A stretch of 64,000 nucleotides of DNA from contig CABZHO010000001.1 of assembly GCA_902525595.1 (NCBI GenBank), forward strand, positions 1,096 through 65,095, given 5' to 3'. The notes under the pieces were generated by a model. The model was given only the letters and a program-made list of their open reading frames with translations. It had not been told where the DNA came from and made no database searches. This document shows, piece by piece, positions 1 to 10,748 of this stretch; position 1 is the stretch's first letter, and every line of letters starts with the position of its first letter. Source of the DNA: an uncultured Pelagibacteraceae bacterium. GTDB lineage: Bacteria > Pseudomonadota > Alphaproteobacteria > Pelagibacterales > AG-422-B15. The position numbers were made by a program, and so were the translations under genes.

Positions 1-722
1 CCCCTGATTTGAAAAAAAATAATGTTACCGTAATTAATTCAATTAAGATTGGACTTACAAATTTTATTAAAACATTTAAGGAAGCTAGAAAGTATAAAAA
101 TATATTTATATTTTTGATCACCAGAATGTTTTATCAAGATGCCCTTAATGCTCTATTTGTAGTCGGAGGTGTTTACGCAAGCCTTGTTGTTGGAATGTCG
201 CTCACACAGGTTTTAATACTTGGCATTATCTTAAATGTATTATCAGGACCAAGTTCAATTTATGGGGGTTATTTAAATGACCTAATCGGATCAAAAAATG
301 TGATAAACTTATCTCTGTGGGGATTATTTCTTTCAGGAGTTTTAGGAATATCAATTGATAAAGACACAATATTTTTTTTCTTCACAGTTAATGAATATTC
401 ATCAAGTGTAGAAGAATTCACATTTGGAATATTTAATTCCGTAAGTCAGGTCACTTATATTTGTGTTGTTATTGGCATTTCAATTTTTTATGGCCCTGCT
501 CAAACTGCTTCACGTGCATTAATGATTAAACTTGCTCCACAAGAAAAAATGACAGAATTTTTTGGTCTCTATGCCTTTGCTGGTAAATCAACCGCGTGGC
601 TTGTTCCTGGAATAATGTCATTAATTCTTGCTTTCACAGACAGCCTTCAATACGCCATGATTTCAATTATGTTTTTTAATTTGATCGGTATTATAGGTAT
701 GTATTTTGTCTCAGAAAAATGA
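1..722 (+). CDS. MFS transporter (UMF1/Atg22-like), 5'-truncated by window edge
   Basis: Frame is open from the window start; multiple TM helices; MFS C-half motifs GPAQTASRALM and EFFGLYAFAGK. Confidence 0.75.
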   Translation, partial: PDLKKNNVTVINSIKIGLTNFIKTFKEARKYKNIFIFLITRMFYQDALNALFVVGGVYASLVVGMSLTQVLILGIILNVLSGPSSIYGGYLNDLIGSKNVINLSLWGLFLSGVLGISIDKDTIFFFFTVNEYSSSVEEFTFGIFNSVSQVTYICVVIGISIFYGPAQTASRALMIKLAPQEKMTEFFGLYAFAGKSTAWLVPGIMSLILAFTDSLQYAMISIMFFNLIGIIGMYFVSEK

Positions 723-1219
723 TTAGGAGATATCTTAATTTAGTTTCTTTAACCAAATCTCAAATAATCATTTTTGTTTCGCTTAATATTTGCGGTCTAC
801 TTTTTTTTCTACTGCCTCACAATATTTTTTGGAATATGCTTGATTTGAAATTTTCTTATAATGAGGAAGTATTACTTAAAAGTTTTAACACCATTGGAGA
901 TGAGGGTAGACGTGTCTATTATTTTTCAGCATTAATTTTAGATACGGCCTATCCATTATTGTATGTTTCTCTCTTTTTGGGTGCTTATGTAAAATTATTC
1001 AAAAATAATTCTTATATATGTATTTTTCCAATAGCTGCAGCTATTTTTGATATTATGGAAAATATTCAAATAAGTTTTCATCTTTCTAATTTTCCATCAA
1101 TTTCTGTACAAAATATTTTTTATACGAGCACATCGACTTCTTTGAAGTGGCTCACGATTGGAATTTCCATTGTAATACTGATTTATGGAATTATTCAAAA
1201 GCAAAAAAGTAACAATTAA
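719..1219 (+). CDS. Hypothetical integral membrane protein (about 4 TM)
   Basis: ATGA overlap with upstream stop; hydrophobic segments; LDTAYPLLY and FDIMEN motifs. Confidence 0.7.
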   Translation: MIRRYLNLVSLTKSQIIIFVSLNICGLLFFLLPHNIFWNMLDLKFSYNEEVLLKSFNTIGDEGRRVYYFSALILDTAYPLLYVSLFLGAYVKLFKNNSYICIFPIAAAIFDIMENIQISFHLSNFPSISVQNIFYTSTSTSLKWLTIGISIVILIYGIIQKQKSNN

Positions 1220-1222
1220 AAA

Positions 1223-1840
1223 TTGAACAAAATTATACCTCAGTTTGTTTTTTTAGTTCCTGTAATAACAGTTATTATTTCATATTTTATTTCTTCTTTT
1301 GGAGGGTTCGTTGATTGGTGTATGCCGTTACTAGATGGTTGCACATCAATCAGTAAGGTTGGTAGATACGGTATTTCTTTTTATTTATATAAACTATTTA
1401 TTATTCCATCTGTAATCCTGTTAATTATTTTTTGGTATCAAATAAATATTTATATACACAAAAGTAATTTTCTTTTTAGTCTTGCTACAGTGTCCAGTGT
1501 CTTTTTAATTGTTTACCTGATTGCTCTTGGCTTTGATGGCAATATCTATAGATTTATGAGGGAGATTGGAATATTTGTATTTTTTATACTCACCCCAGTG
1601 TGTCAGGTTTGGCTAACAATTTCTATTTCAAATGAAAAAATTAAAGCTAAAAATATTTTGTATATATTTATATTCTCGTATTTGGTTTGCTTGGTCGCTT
1701 ATTTGTTCATTCTGCCTTTAGACAATGCTAACTATGAAAATATTATAGAGTGGAATTTTGCACTTTTAATATTTTTATTTTTCCCAGTATTTTCGTATTT
1801 ATTGGAGAAAGCTAATGCCGGAAATGACGGGTTCCTGTAA
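1223..1840 (+). CDS. Hypothetical membrane protein, Frag1/DRAM/Sfk1-like
   Basis: About 6 TM; CMPLLDGCTSISKVGR loop after TM1; C-terminal IIEWNF; family call is tentative. Confidence 0.6.
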   Translation: MNKIIPQFVFLVPVITVIISYFISSFGGFVDWCMPLLDGCTSISKVGRYGISFYLYKLFIIPSVILLIIFWYQINIYIHKSNFLFSLATVSSVFLIVYLIALGFDGNIYRFMREIGIFVFFILTPVCQVWLTISISNEKIKAKNILYIFIFSYLVCLVAYLFILPLDNANYENIIEWNFALLIFLFFPVFSYLLEKANAGNDGFL

Positions 1841-3377
1841 AGACCATTGATATACCAGCCTCATTTGCCGTTTTAATGACCTCATCGTCTTTGACCGAGC
1901 CCCCTGGCTGAATAACAGCCTTGGCTCCGTATGAAATAGCTACCAACAAACCGTCAGCAAATGGAAAAAAAGCATCTGACGCGACCACTGAATTTTCAAG
2001 TGAGTTCTCATCTGAGGGATCCATTTCATTATTTTTTTGTGAGGCAATTTTAGCACTATCAATCCGACTCATTTGGCCAGCACCAATACCAATAGTTTTT
2101 TTGTTTTTAACATAAATAATCGCATTCGACTTTACATGCTTACAAACTTTAAAAGCAAATAACATATCTTCAATCTGGCTGGGGGTGGGTATTTTTTTTG
2201 TGACAGTCTTTAAATCAGCAGATCTTGTTTCTTTATTATCGTTTGTTTGGATCAAAATACCTCCCTCAATACTTTTATAATTTTGAGATGAATTGATTTC
2301 ATGCATTGACGACAAAACTAAAAGACGTAAATTATTTTTTGTTTTAAAAATTTCTTCAGCTTCATCTGATATTTCAGGCGCGATGATAACTTCCGTAAAT
2401 ATTTTTATTATTTCACTTGCAGTTTCTTTATCAATTGTTTGATTGAGTGCAACAATACCACCAAACGCACTAGTAGTATCACACGATAAAGCTCTCGTAT
2501 AGGCATCGTGCAATGAAGCCCCACTTGCAACTCCACATGGATTAGCATGTTTGATAATCGCAACGGTTGGGATTGCTTCATCAAACTCTTTTATTAATTG
2601 AAGGGCAGCATCAGCGTCATTAATATTGTTATAACTTAGTTCTTTTCCCTGTAACAAAGTTGCGTGAGGGATACCCGATGATTGAAAAGCTGACTTATAG
2701 AGACTGGCTTCCTGATGTGGGTTCTCACCATAGCGCAGCACTGAGGATAACTGTCCAGCAGTAGAAAATTTTTCTGATTGATAGTTTGAATTTTGATAAA
2801 ACCAATTACTAATCAGGGAGTCATAGTACGCCGTAGTTGAGAACGTTTTTGCAGCTAGTTTTTTTCTAAAAGCTAGAGTTGTCGAGCCATTATTTTCTTT
2901 CATTTCATCAATCAGGTTGTCATAATCATTTGTGTCAGTAACAACTGTTACAAATTTGTGATTTTTTGCTGCTGACCGCAACATTGCAGGTCCGCCAATA
3001 TCTATATTTTCAATACAAATATCCTGTTTTTCTGTCGATTTTATCGTTTCTTCGAAGGGGTATAGATTCACAATAATCAAATCAATATCTTCAATCCCAT
3101 GGTCCTTTTGTGATTGGACATGACCTTTATCGTCTCTTTTAGACAGTAATCCACCGTGCACATTTGGGTGTAAAGTTTTAACACGTCCATCCATCATTTC
3201 TGGAAAATTAGTTATAGAGGCAACGTCGGTGACTTCAATCCCCTGATCAGCAATTGACTTTGCTGTACCCCCTGTTGAAATAATTTTAACATTATGCTCT
3301 TTAAGGAGATGAACAATTTTCTCTAAATTTGATTTATCAGAGACAGATATTAAGGCAGTTTTTATTTTTATATCCAA
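1812..3377 (-). CDS. purH: Bifunctional AICAR transformylase/IMP cyclohydrolase
   Basis: ALISVSDK, GRVKTLHP, LRYGENPHQ, SDAFFPF, TGTRHFRH motifs. Confidence 0.98.
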   Translation of the reverse strand: MDIKIKTALISVSDKSNLEKIVHLLKEHNVKIISTGGTAKSIADQGIEVTDVASITNFPEMMDGRVKTLHPNVHGGLLSKRDDKGHVQSQKDHGIEDIDLIIVNLYPFEETIKSTEKQDICIENIDIGGPAMLRSAAKNHKFVTVVTDTNDYDNLIDEMKENNGSTTLAFRKKLAAKTFSTTAYYDSLISNWFYQNSNYQSEKFSTAGQLSSVLRYGENPHQEASLYKSAFQSSGIPHATLLQGKELSYNNINDADAALQLIKEFDEAIPTVAIIKHANPCGVASGASLHDAYTRALSCDTTSAFGGIVALNQTIDKETASEIIKIFTEVIIAPEISDEAEEIFKTKNNLRLLVLSSMHEINSSQNYKSIEGGILIQTNDNKETRSADLKTVTKKIPTPSQIEDMLFAFKVCKHVKSNAIIYVKNKKTIGIGAGQMSRIDSAKIASQKNNEMDPSDENSLENSVVASDAFFPFADGLLVAISYGAKAVIQPGGSVKDDEVIKTANEAGISMVFTGTRHFRH

Positions 3378-3378
3378 C

Positions 3379-4035
3379 TTAATGGCCTCTTAACTTAGCA
3401 ATATTATTTGCGTATTCACTAGGACCACCTTTGAAGGTCGATGTGCCCGCGACAACCATATTTGCTCCGGCGTCAATGACAGATTGAATATTCTCAAAAT
3501 TGATTCCACCATCGATTTCTAAATCAATCTCTCTGCCTGACTGATCAATTTCCTTTCGAAGCTTTTCAAGTTTATCAAGTGCGGTTGGAATAAATTTCTG
3601 TCCACCAAAACCTGGGTGTACGCTCATCACGAGAATGAGATCTAATTGATCCATATAGGGTTTAACCACTTCCCATTCTGTATCAGGATTGATTGCAAGC
3701 CCCGCCTTCACATTTAGTGACTTAATTTTATCTATGCAGGCTTGCGTATCGTCATTGGCTTCAGGGTGAACCGAGACAATATCAGCACCTGAGTCGATAA
3801 ACTTTTCAATATACGGTTGAACAGGATCAATCATTAAATGTACATCAAATGGAAGTGTGGATTTATCTCTAATTGATTTTACAATATCAGGGCCAATGGT
3901 TAAGTTTGGAACGAAGTGTCCATCCATCACATCAACGTGAATATAGTCAGCACCTGCTTTGGTAATATTAACGACTTCTTCGCCTAATGATGAAAAATCA
4001 GATGCTAGAATAGAAGGTGATATTTTAACCGACAT
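3379..4035 (-). CDS. rpe: Ribulose-phosphate 3-epimerase
   Basis: ISPSIL, HVDVMDGHFVPN, MSVHPGFGGQ, DGGI motifs. Confidence 0.97.
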   Translation of the reverse strand: MSVKISPSILASDFSSLGEEVVNITKAGADYIHVDVMDGHFVPNLTIGPDIVKSIRDKSTLPFDVHLMIDPVQPYIEKFIDSGADIVSVHPEANDDTQACIDKIKSLNVKAGLAINPDTEWEVVKPYMDQLDLILVMSVHPGFGGQKFIPTALDKLEKLRKEIDQSGREIDLEIDGGINFENIQSVIDAGANMVVAGTSTFKGGPSEYANNIAKLRGH

Positions 4036-4132
4036 GTTTAAGAAGCATTATTTCTCTGTATAACAGAAACCTTATTTGTTTCCACAATTTTCATGCTTTG
4101 ATAATTTAAAATTTAAGATTAGTTTAATAATT

Positions 4133-4288
4133 ATGAATGATAAAAAATCTGATACTGCTGAGGTTATAAAAGATAAGAAAACTGCTTCTAAACTCCCTAA
4201 AAAGAAAAAGGAAATAGGTGGGGCTGACGGTCCTGAGCCAACACGCTTTGGTGATTGGGAAAAAAAGGGAATTACATCAGATTTCTAA
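4133..4288 (+). CDS. DUF1674 family small protein (SDHAF4-like)
   Basis: EIGGADGPEPTRFGDWEKKG...DF C-terminus typical of DUF1674; ATG at 4133 preferred to the track's TTG at 4076. Confidence 0.85.
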   Translation: MNDKKSDTAEVIKDKKTASKLPKKKKEIGGADGPEPTRFGDWEKKGITSDF

Positions 4289-4300
4289 TAATTGAGTTTC

Positions 4301-4756
4301 CTACAGGCCAAATCTATTATCGTAAACTTCCTGGATTTCACTAGGCCATACTTCTTTCATATAAGATACCAGTTGCCAAACCTCCTCATCAGAAAGACTT
4401 AAATTACCAAGCATTTTCCCCTCGTAATTTGGATCAAAACTCGTGAAGCCATACTTTATTACTCTATATAAATATTCTGGTGAATGATGCCAGGTATGAG
4501 CCGTGCCATTTAACGGAGGCGCAAGTCGATGTCCGTCATCATCAAGTTTATTCTGCCAACCAATCTGTCCTTGTAAATTTTTTCCATGGCACGAGGCACA
4601 ATTATTTTGATAGAGAGACACTACAGCAGCAGATGTCTCAGCATTAACAATATCAACTCTATTCAGTGTATTATTGTTGTTGGGCATCATCATAAAATAT
4701 AACCCAAAGATGACTAAACCAATTATCAATATGTAGAGCGAATTCTTTTTAGTCAC
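4301..4756 (-). CDS. Membrane-anchored c-type cytochrome
   Basis: N-terminal TM; CASCH heme-binding motif; APPLNGTAHTWHH; distal Met in GKML. Confidence 0.9.
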   Translation of the reverse strand: MTKKNSLYILIIGLVIFGLYFMMMPNNNNTLNRVDIVNAETSAAVVSLYQNNCASCHGKNLQGQIGWQNKLDDDGHRLAPPLNGTAHTWHHSPEYLYRVIKYGFTSFDPNYEGKMLGNLSLSDEEVWQLVSYMKEVWPSEIQEVYDNRFGL

Positions 4757-4811
4757 ATCAAATTAAATAATTTGATCCAATTCAACATCAAGAAGATTTC
4801 TTAAGGACTAT

Positions 4812-5228
4812 TTAAAGCTGCTGATTAAATGTAGACGGTTTCCAATCCTTTGGAGCAAGTTCTAAATCTTCAAATTGAAAGGCAGGTGCGACCGTACAAC
4901 CAATCAAGCTATAAGAACCAGTAGATTTTAGAGCAAACCAAGTACCTTTTTCAACAGTATACATAAAATTATTATTTGATCCTATCTCATCAATCTGAAA
5001 TTCTACCCCATCTCTTGACGTGTAAATGTTGAGAGGACTGCCAGAGTAAAAGTGTAACGTTTCTGTTTTTGTAATTCTGTGCCAGTGAGAGTTTTCATGT
5101 TCCTCTAATAGAAAATATATGTGCGTGACATCGTCATTTCTAAAAATCTCAACATAATGCCCACCCTCAGGATGAGGTTCCATTTTGTGTTCTTCTATTA
5201 AACTCTTAATAAGTTCTTTATCACTCAT
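4812..5228 (-). CDS. Cupin domain protein (DUF985/Cupin_5)
   Basis: HPEGG, IYFLL, SHWHR, GCTVAPAFQFEDLEL motifs. Confidence 0.9.
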   Translation of the reverse strand: MSDKELIKSLIEEHKMEPHPEGGHYVEIFRNDDVTHIYFLLEEHENSHWHRITKTETLHFYSGSPLNIYTSRDGVEFQIDEIGSNNNFMYTVEKGTWFALKSTGSYSLIGCTVAPAFQFEDLELAPKDWKPSTFNQQL

Positions 5229-5242
5229 GAATTGATGTTTAC

Positions 5243-7183
5243 CTATTTGTTCATTCGATTGTCGATTAAATCATCGACTACTGCTGGTTCAGCTAACGTA
5301 GATGTATCACCAAGATTGCTATATTCATTTTCTGCAATCTTTCTTAAAATTCTTCTCATGATTTTTCCAGAACGTGTCTTTGGAAGACCGGGTGCCCATT
5401 GAATAAGATCAGGAGATGCAATTGGACCAATTTCTTTTCGAACCCAGGCAACTAATTCTTTATACAATTCATCAGAGGTTTCTTCGCCGGCGTTTAAGGT
5501 TACATAGGCATAAATTCCCTGACCTTTGATGTCATGAGGATAGCCAACTACGGCTGCTTCACTAACTTTTGGATGGGCTACGAGTGCAGATTCAACCTCG
5601 GCTGTTCCCATACGGTGACCAGATACATTAATCACATCATCAACACGCCCAGTGATCCAATAGTAACCATCTTCATCACGCTTGCATCCATCACCTGTAA
5701 AATACTTTCCATCAAATTGAGAAAAATAAGTTTCAATAAATCTTTTGTGATCGCCGTATACTGTTCTCATTTGGCCTGGCCACGAGTCTGCAAGACAGAG
5801 TGATCCTTCACATGCTCCTTCAAGAATATTGCCTTCAGCATCTAAAATTTCAGGCTTTACACCAAAAAAAGGTTTTGTTGCCGATCCAGGTTTTTGAGCT
5901 ATTGCTCCTGGAAGTGGTGAGATTAAGATACCACCTGTTTCCGTTTGCCACCATGTATCAACGATCGGACAGTTTTGTTCACCAACAATATTATAATACC
6001 ACATCCAAGCTTCAGGATTAATAGGCTCTCCAACAGTCCCTAATAGTTTAAGCGAAGATCGACTTGTTTTTGTTACAGGCTCTTCTCCTTCACGCATTAG
6101 CGCGCGAATCGCTGTGGGCGCTGTATAGAAAATATTGACTTTATGTTTATCAACCACTTCCCAAAAACGAGAAGTACTTGGATAATTTGGGACTCCCTCA
6201 AACATTACAGTGATTGCACCGTTCGCAAGTGGTCCGTAGACAATATAACTATGTCCAGTAACCCAGCCCACATCAGCTGTGCACCAGTAAACATCCCCTG
6301 GTTTGTAATCAAATACATACTGGTGTGTCATTGATGCATATACCATATAACCGCCAGTAGTGTGCATTACTCCCTTGGGCTTTCCTGTCGATCCCGATGT
6401 GTAAAGTATAAACAATGGATCTTCAGCATTCATTTCTTCCGGAGGACATTCTTCTGAAACGTTACTTAATAATTCATGATACCAAACATCTCTGTCATCA
6501 TGCCAATTAATTGAGCCGCCGGTCCGTTTAACGACTATACAATGTCTTACTCCACCAGAGATATTTATTGCATCATCTGTATTTTGTTTTAAAGGAATTG
6601 TTTTGCCACCTCTCAAACCTTCATCAGCTGTAATAACAATATCTGATTTGCAATCACTGATACGACCTGCAAGCGAGTCAGGAGAGAAGCCTCCAAAGAC
6701 AACTGAATGAATAGCCCCAATCCGTGTGCAGGCCAGCATGGCATAAGCAGCCTCAGGAATCATTGGCATATAGATCGTGACTCGGTCCCCTTTTTTTACA
6801 CCCAGATTTTTCAGGCCGTTTGCTAATTTTGAAACTTCTTTATGCAGCTCATTATAAGTAATGTGTTTTGAGTCCTTTGGATCATCACCTTCCCAAATGA
6901 TGGCTGTCTGATCCCCTTTATCTTTTAAATGTCGATCGATACAATTAGCGGAAGCATTAAGAGAGCCATCCTCATACCATTTGATTGAGAAACTTTCTTT
7001 CTTAAACGATACATCTTTCACTTTTGAATACGGCTTTACCCATTCTATTCTTTTACCGTGTTCATTCCAAAAATCTTCATTATCGTTGAATGATTTATCA
7101 TACCATTTAGTATATTTATCATGATTAATTTGGGCGTTGGCAGACCAATCAGCACTTACTTCAAACTTTTCATTATCACTCAT
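5243..7183 (-). CDS. acs: Acetyl-CoA synthetase
   Basis: [32 protein letters not shown] motifs. Confidence 0.98.
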   Translation of the reverse strand: MSDNEKFEVSADWSANAQINHDKYTKWYDKSFNDNEDFWNEHGKRIEWVKPYSKVKDVSFKKESFSIKWYEDGSLNASANCIDRHLKDKGDQTAIIWEGDDPKDSKHITYNELHKEVSKLANGLKNLGVKKGDRVTIYMPMIPEAAYAMLACTRIGAIHSVVFGGFSPDSLAGRISDCKSDIVITADEGLRGGKTIPLKQNTDDAINISGGVRHCIVVKRTGGSINWHDDRDVWYHELLSNVSEECPPEEMNAEDPLFILYTSGSTGKPKGVMHTTGGYMVYASMTHQYVFDYKPGDVYWCTADVGWVTGHSYIVYGPLANGAITVMFEGVPNYPSTSRFWEVVDKHKVNIFYTAPTAIRALMREGEEPVTKTSRSSLKLLGTVGEPINPEAWMWYYNIVGEQNCPIVDTWWQTETGGILISPLPGAIAQKPGSATKPFFGVKPEILDAEGNILEGACEGSLCLADSWPGQMRTVYGDHKRFIETYFSQFDGKYFTGDGCKRDEDGYYWITGRVDDVINVSGHRMGTAEVESALVAHPKVSEAAVVGYPHDIKGQGIYAYVTLNAGEETSDELYKELVAWVRKEIGPIASPDLIQWAPGLPKTRSGKIMRRILRKIAENEYSNLGDTSTLAEPAVVDDLIDNRMNK

Positions 7184-7195
7184 AAACCAAATATC

Positions 7196-7612
7196 TTATT
7201 TGATACCTCCTAGATTGCAAATAATTGTCCAGGACTTCTTATCGATAGGCATGACGGATAATCTTGATTGTTTCACTAAGGCGAGGTGATTAAGTCTTTT
7301 ATCTTCTTTAACTTGAGTTAGGTTTACTCTCTTTTTAAGGGCTTTCACGGCGCTGATCCGAACCATACCGAAACGATTAGACTTATCGGTTGGATCCGGA
7401 TGATATTCTCTTATGACTTTAACGATGCCGACGACATCTCTTTCTTTTACAGAATGATAAAAAAAACACAGATCCCCTTTTTTCATTTTCTTCATATTAT
7501 TTGAGGCTTGATAATTCCGGACGCCATCCCAGCCTTCACCTTTAGTGCCTGCCTTGACTTGTTGCTCCCACGACCACGTTTCGGGTTCAGATTTCATTAA
7601 CCAATAATTCAT
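7196..7612 (-). CDS. EVE domain protein
   Basis: YWLMKSEP, WDGVRNYQA, FFYHS, SRLSV motifs; usual tsaD-gpsA-EVE context of alphaproteobacteria. Confidence 0.93.
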   Translation of the reverse strand: MNYWLMKSEPETWSWEQQVKAGTKGEGWDGVRNYQASNNMKKMKKGDLCFFYHSVKERDVVGIVKVIREYHPDPTDKSNRFGMVRISAVKALKKRVNLTQVKEDKRLNHLALVKQSRLSVMPIDKKSWTIICNLGGIK

Positions 7613-7614
7613 GC

Positions 7615-8613
7615 TTACTCTTTTGTTAAAGGTCTATTTAAAAGTTCTTGAATTGTAGAATCAATATTTTTTTTCCGATACAAAACACGATAAACCGCTT
7701 CGTTGAGAGGAAGATCTAATTTTTGCTCAGCAGCAAGTTTCTTTAGAGCCCTCACAGTAAAAGCGCCTTCCGCGACAGACAACTTTTTCTGCATGATTTC
7801 ACTGAGTGTTTTGCCTTTAGCTAAATCAATGCCTAAAGAAAAGTTTCGAGACTCTTTTGATGAACAGGTTAAAAATAAATCACCCATTCCAGACAGACCG
7901 GAAAGAGTTGATCTTTTTGCTCCCATCGATTTGCCAACAATTGATATTTCTGCAAAGCTTCGTGAAATAATTGAGGCCACAGCATTGTCGCCAAACTTCT
8001 TACCAACCACAATGCCACTGGCAATGGCATAAATATTTTTAAGGGCACCTGCTATTTGAGTGCCAATAATATCGTTTGATAAATATGGTCTTAGGGTAGG
8101 TGATTTTATCAGTTCAGCAATTTCGCTTGAGACGTCGTCGTTTTTCGATGATACGACTGTGGCTGCTGGCAAACCTTGTGCAATCTCACTCGCAAAATTC
8201 GGTCCAGAGATAATGGCAATTTTATTTTTAGGAAATACCGATGACACTATCTGGCTTGGTAAACGAAGACTGCTCATTTCAAGACCTTTGGAGCAGCAAA
8301 TAAAAATCGTATTATTTTCTATATGGTCTTTAAGTTTTGATAAGACGCTTGATAAATATTGAACAGGCGATACTAAAAATAAAATTTCACAACTGGAGAG
8401 ATCACTTATCTCCGTAGTACATGAAATTTTTTTGCTTAATTTGATGTGAGGTAAAAATTTTTTATTTTCATGTTTTTTATTTATATTCTCAGCAACATTT
8501 TGTTCTTTGGCCCACAATAAAACATTTTGTTTTTTAGCAATGATATTTGATAGTGCCGTTCCCCAGGCGCCGGCGCCAATGACACCAATTTGTTTTTTCT
8601 TCTTAGTGACCAA
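7615..8613 (-). CDS. gpsA: NAD(P)H-dependent glycerol-3-phosphate dehydrogenase
   Basis: GAGAWGTAL, SGPNFA, GALKN, GLSGMGDLFLTC, SRN motifs. Confidence 0.96.
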   Translation of the reverse strand: MVTKKKKQIGVIGAGAWGTALSNIIAKKQNVLLWAKEQNVAENINKKHENKKFLPHIKLSKKISCTTEISDLSSCEILFLVSPVQYLSSVLSKLKDHIENNTIFICCSKGLEMSSLRLPSQIVSSVFPKNKIAIISGPNFASEIAQGLPAATVVSSKNDDVSSEIAELIKSPTLRPYLSNDIIGTQIAGALKNIYAIASGIVVGKKFGDNAVASIISRSFAEISIVGKSMGAKRSTLSGLSGMGDLFLTCSSKESRNFSLGIDLAKGKTLSEIMQKKLSVAEGAFTVRALKKLAAEQKLDLPLNEAVYRVLYRKKNIDSTIQELLNRPLTKE

Positions 8614-9679
8614 CTGCTCTTTTGCCTTTCATGAAGATGGCCTTCTTATCTAGAGGCCACCGCGGTTTTGGTTTAAAATTAAGTTTATTGAACAGCTTTC
8701 GTTCAAAGCGTTCAATTCCTGCTAGTGCAATCATTGCACCATTGTCGGTACAGTATTTAATGGAGGGAAATAAAAACTCACAGTCCCTTTCTTTTTCTAT
8801 CTTTTCAAGCGATTTACGTAAACTTTTATTCGCCGCAACTCCACCAGCAACAACGATCTTCACTGTTCTATTCTTCCTTTGGTGAGCTTGGAACATATCA
8901 ATTGCGTATGAGGTTTTTGTGTACAAAATTTCATTAATCGTTTTTTGAAAAGAAGCAGCCATATCTTTTTTAAATTTTTCTGTGCACTTGTGTTGGGCCA
9001 CGACAGTTGCTACAGCCGATTTAAGACCAGCAAACGAAAAGTGGCAATTTTTTTCGTGGATCAGTGGCCTCGGCAATTTAAAACGTAATTCATTACCTTT
9101 GAGTGCGTACTTTTCTATTTCAGGACCGCCTGGATATCCTAATTTCAACAAGCGTGCAGTTTTATCAAAGGCTTCACCCAGAGCATCGTCAATTGTTGTA
9201 CCAATTCTTTTGTAGGAATTAAATTTATTGATCATCGTAAACTCTGTGTGACCCCCTGAAACCAATAACAACAAATAAGGGAAGTCAATGTCTGTTTCTA
9301 ATCTAATAGAAAGTGCATGACCTTCTAAATGATTTACCGCGATAAATGGTTTCTTAAGCGCAGACGATAACGTTTTTGCAGCCACTACACCCACTAATAG
9401 CCCCCCCATTAAACCAGGTCCAGCGGTTGAGGCAATGGCATCGATATCACGAAATGATAATCGCGATTTATCCATCGCCATTTTAATCAATTTATCAATC
9501 ACATCAGAATGAGCTCGGGCCGCTAGTTCAGGAACAACTCCTCCGAAGTCTTGGTGAATGTCCAGTTGAGATTTTACGATGTTGGATAAAATATTGATTT
9601 GACCATTGGCTTTTTCAACGACCGATACAGAAGTTTCATCACAACTAGATTCAATTCCAAGAATTCTTATTTTTTTCAT
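8603..9679 (-). CDS. tsaD: tRNA N6-adenosine threonylcarbamoyltransferase
   Basis: GIESSCDET, GGVVPE, HLEGH, VSGGHT, DDALGEAFDK, CTDNGAMIA motifs. Confidence 0.97.
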   Translation of the reverse strand: MKKIRILGIESSCDETSVSVVEKANGQINILSNIVKSQLDIHQDFGGVVPELAARAHSDVIDKLIKMAMDKSRLSFRDIDAIASTAGPGLMGGLLVGVVAAKTLSSALKKPFIAVNHLEGHALSIRLETDIDFPYLLLLVSGGHTEFTMINKFNSYKRIGTTIDDALGEAFDKTARLLKLGYPGGPEIEKYALKGNELRFKLPRPLIHEKNCHFSFAGLKSAVATVVAQHKCTEKFKKDMAASFQKTINEILYTKTSYAIDMFQAHQRKNRTVKIVVAGGVAANKSLRKSLEKIEKERDCEFLFPSIKYCTDNGAMIALAGIERFERKLFNKLNFKPKPRWPLDKKAIFMKGKRAVGH

Positions 9680-9782
9680 TTTCTTTAATAATAATCAATA
9701 TTTATGAACTAAATAAAGTATACTTAAATCATTATATATTTAATCTTTAAAGTACCTTATTTAAATTTGAAAAATAGACTTA

Positions 9783-10748
9783 ATGCCGGATAAAAAGATC
9801 ACAATTGGGATTAGAAATAGTAAACTTTCAAAAGCACAGACCAATCAACTAATTCAAGCACTTATAGAGGCTACGCCAAGTCTTAATGAAAATGATATTC
9901 AAACAGAATTTATTCAAACCACTGGCGACAAAAACCCAACTCATCGGCTTGATCGGATTGGCGGCAAGGGGCTGTTCATCAAGGAAATAGAGGAACACAT
10001 TATAAAAGGCACTGTGGATCTTGGCATCCACTCCCTCAAAGATTTACCAGCGACGGCTGAACTTGGTGAATTAGAGCTTATTTGCTGGATGCGCAGACAA
10101 AGCCCTCAGGACTCTCTGCTTTCCAACTCTGGTAAAACCTTTAGTGAATTGCCTGCAGGCTCAATTATTGGGACAAGTTCTATTAGACGGCGGGCCCAAA
10201 TACTGAATTTAAGGCCAGATCTCTCAATAAAACTACTGCGAGGTAATGTCGATACGCGTGTAAATAAATTACACAATAAAGAGTACGATGCCATTCTTCT
10301 CAGTTTAGCAGGACTGGAACGATTGGGTCTAGAGGATTTGGTAACCGAAACACTGCCCTTAGATCTTTTTTTACCGGCTGCCTGTCAAGGTACTGTGGTT
10401 GTACAAGCCAAACAAAATAGTCCGCTAAAAGATTTACTCATGAATATTAATGATGAGACGACACAGATTGAAAGCATTGCTGAGAGACTGGTGTTAAAAA
10501 CCATTAATGCCAATTGTAATAGTCCAGTTTCTGTTTATGCAAAAATCAATGCAGACAAAATCACAATTGAGTGTGTTCTGTATGCCCACAATGGGGAAAA
10601 ATTATTTGCACAATCGGTCATAGATGACAAAATAAATTTTAAACAATTAAGTGCAACTCTTGGAGAAAATATTATCTCTGCTGTGGGACAAGAACATATT
10701 AACGCTTTGGATAATTTAGAAGATGATTTTAATTACACGCCCTCATAA
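9783..10748 (+). CDS. hemC: Hydroxymethylbilane synthase
   Basis: TTGD, GKGLFIKE, HSLKD, GTSSIRR, RGNVDTR motifs; cofactor Cys in CNSPV. Confidence 0.95.
   Translation: MPDKKITIGIRNSKLSKAQTNQLIQALIEATPSLNENDIQTEFIQTTGDKNPTHRLDRIGGKGLFIKEIEEHIIKGTVDLGIHSLKDLPATAELGELELICWMRRQSPQDSLLSNSGKTFSELPAGSIIGTSSIRRRAQILNLRPDLSIKLLRGNVDTRVNKLHNKEYDAILLSLAGLERLGLEDLVTETLPLDLFLPAACQGTVVVQAKQNSPLKDLLMNINDETTQIESIAERLVLKTINANCNSPVSVYAKINADKITIECVLYAHNGEKLFAQSVIDDKINFKQLSATLGENIISAVGQEHINALDNLEDDFNYTPS

Noticed and set aside
7196-7612. EVE domain as part of a modification-dependent defence system
   Set aside because: Stand-alone EVE in the ordinary tsaD-gpsA context with no nuclease partner
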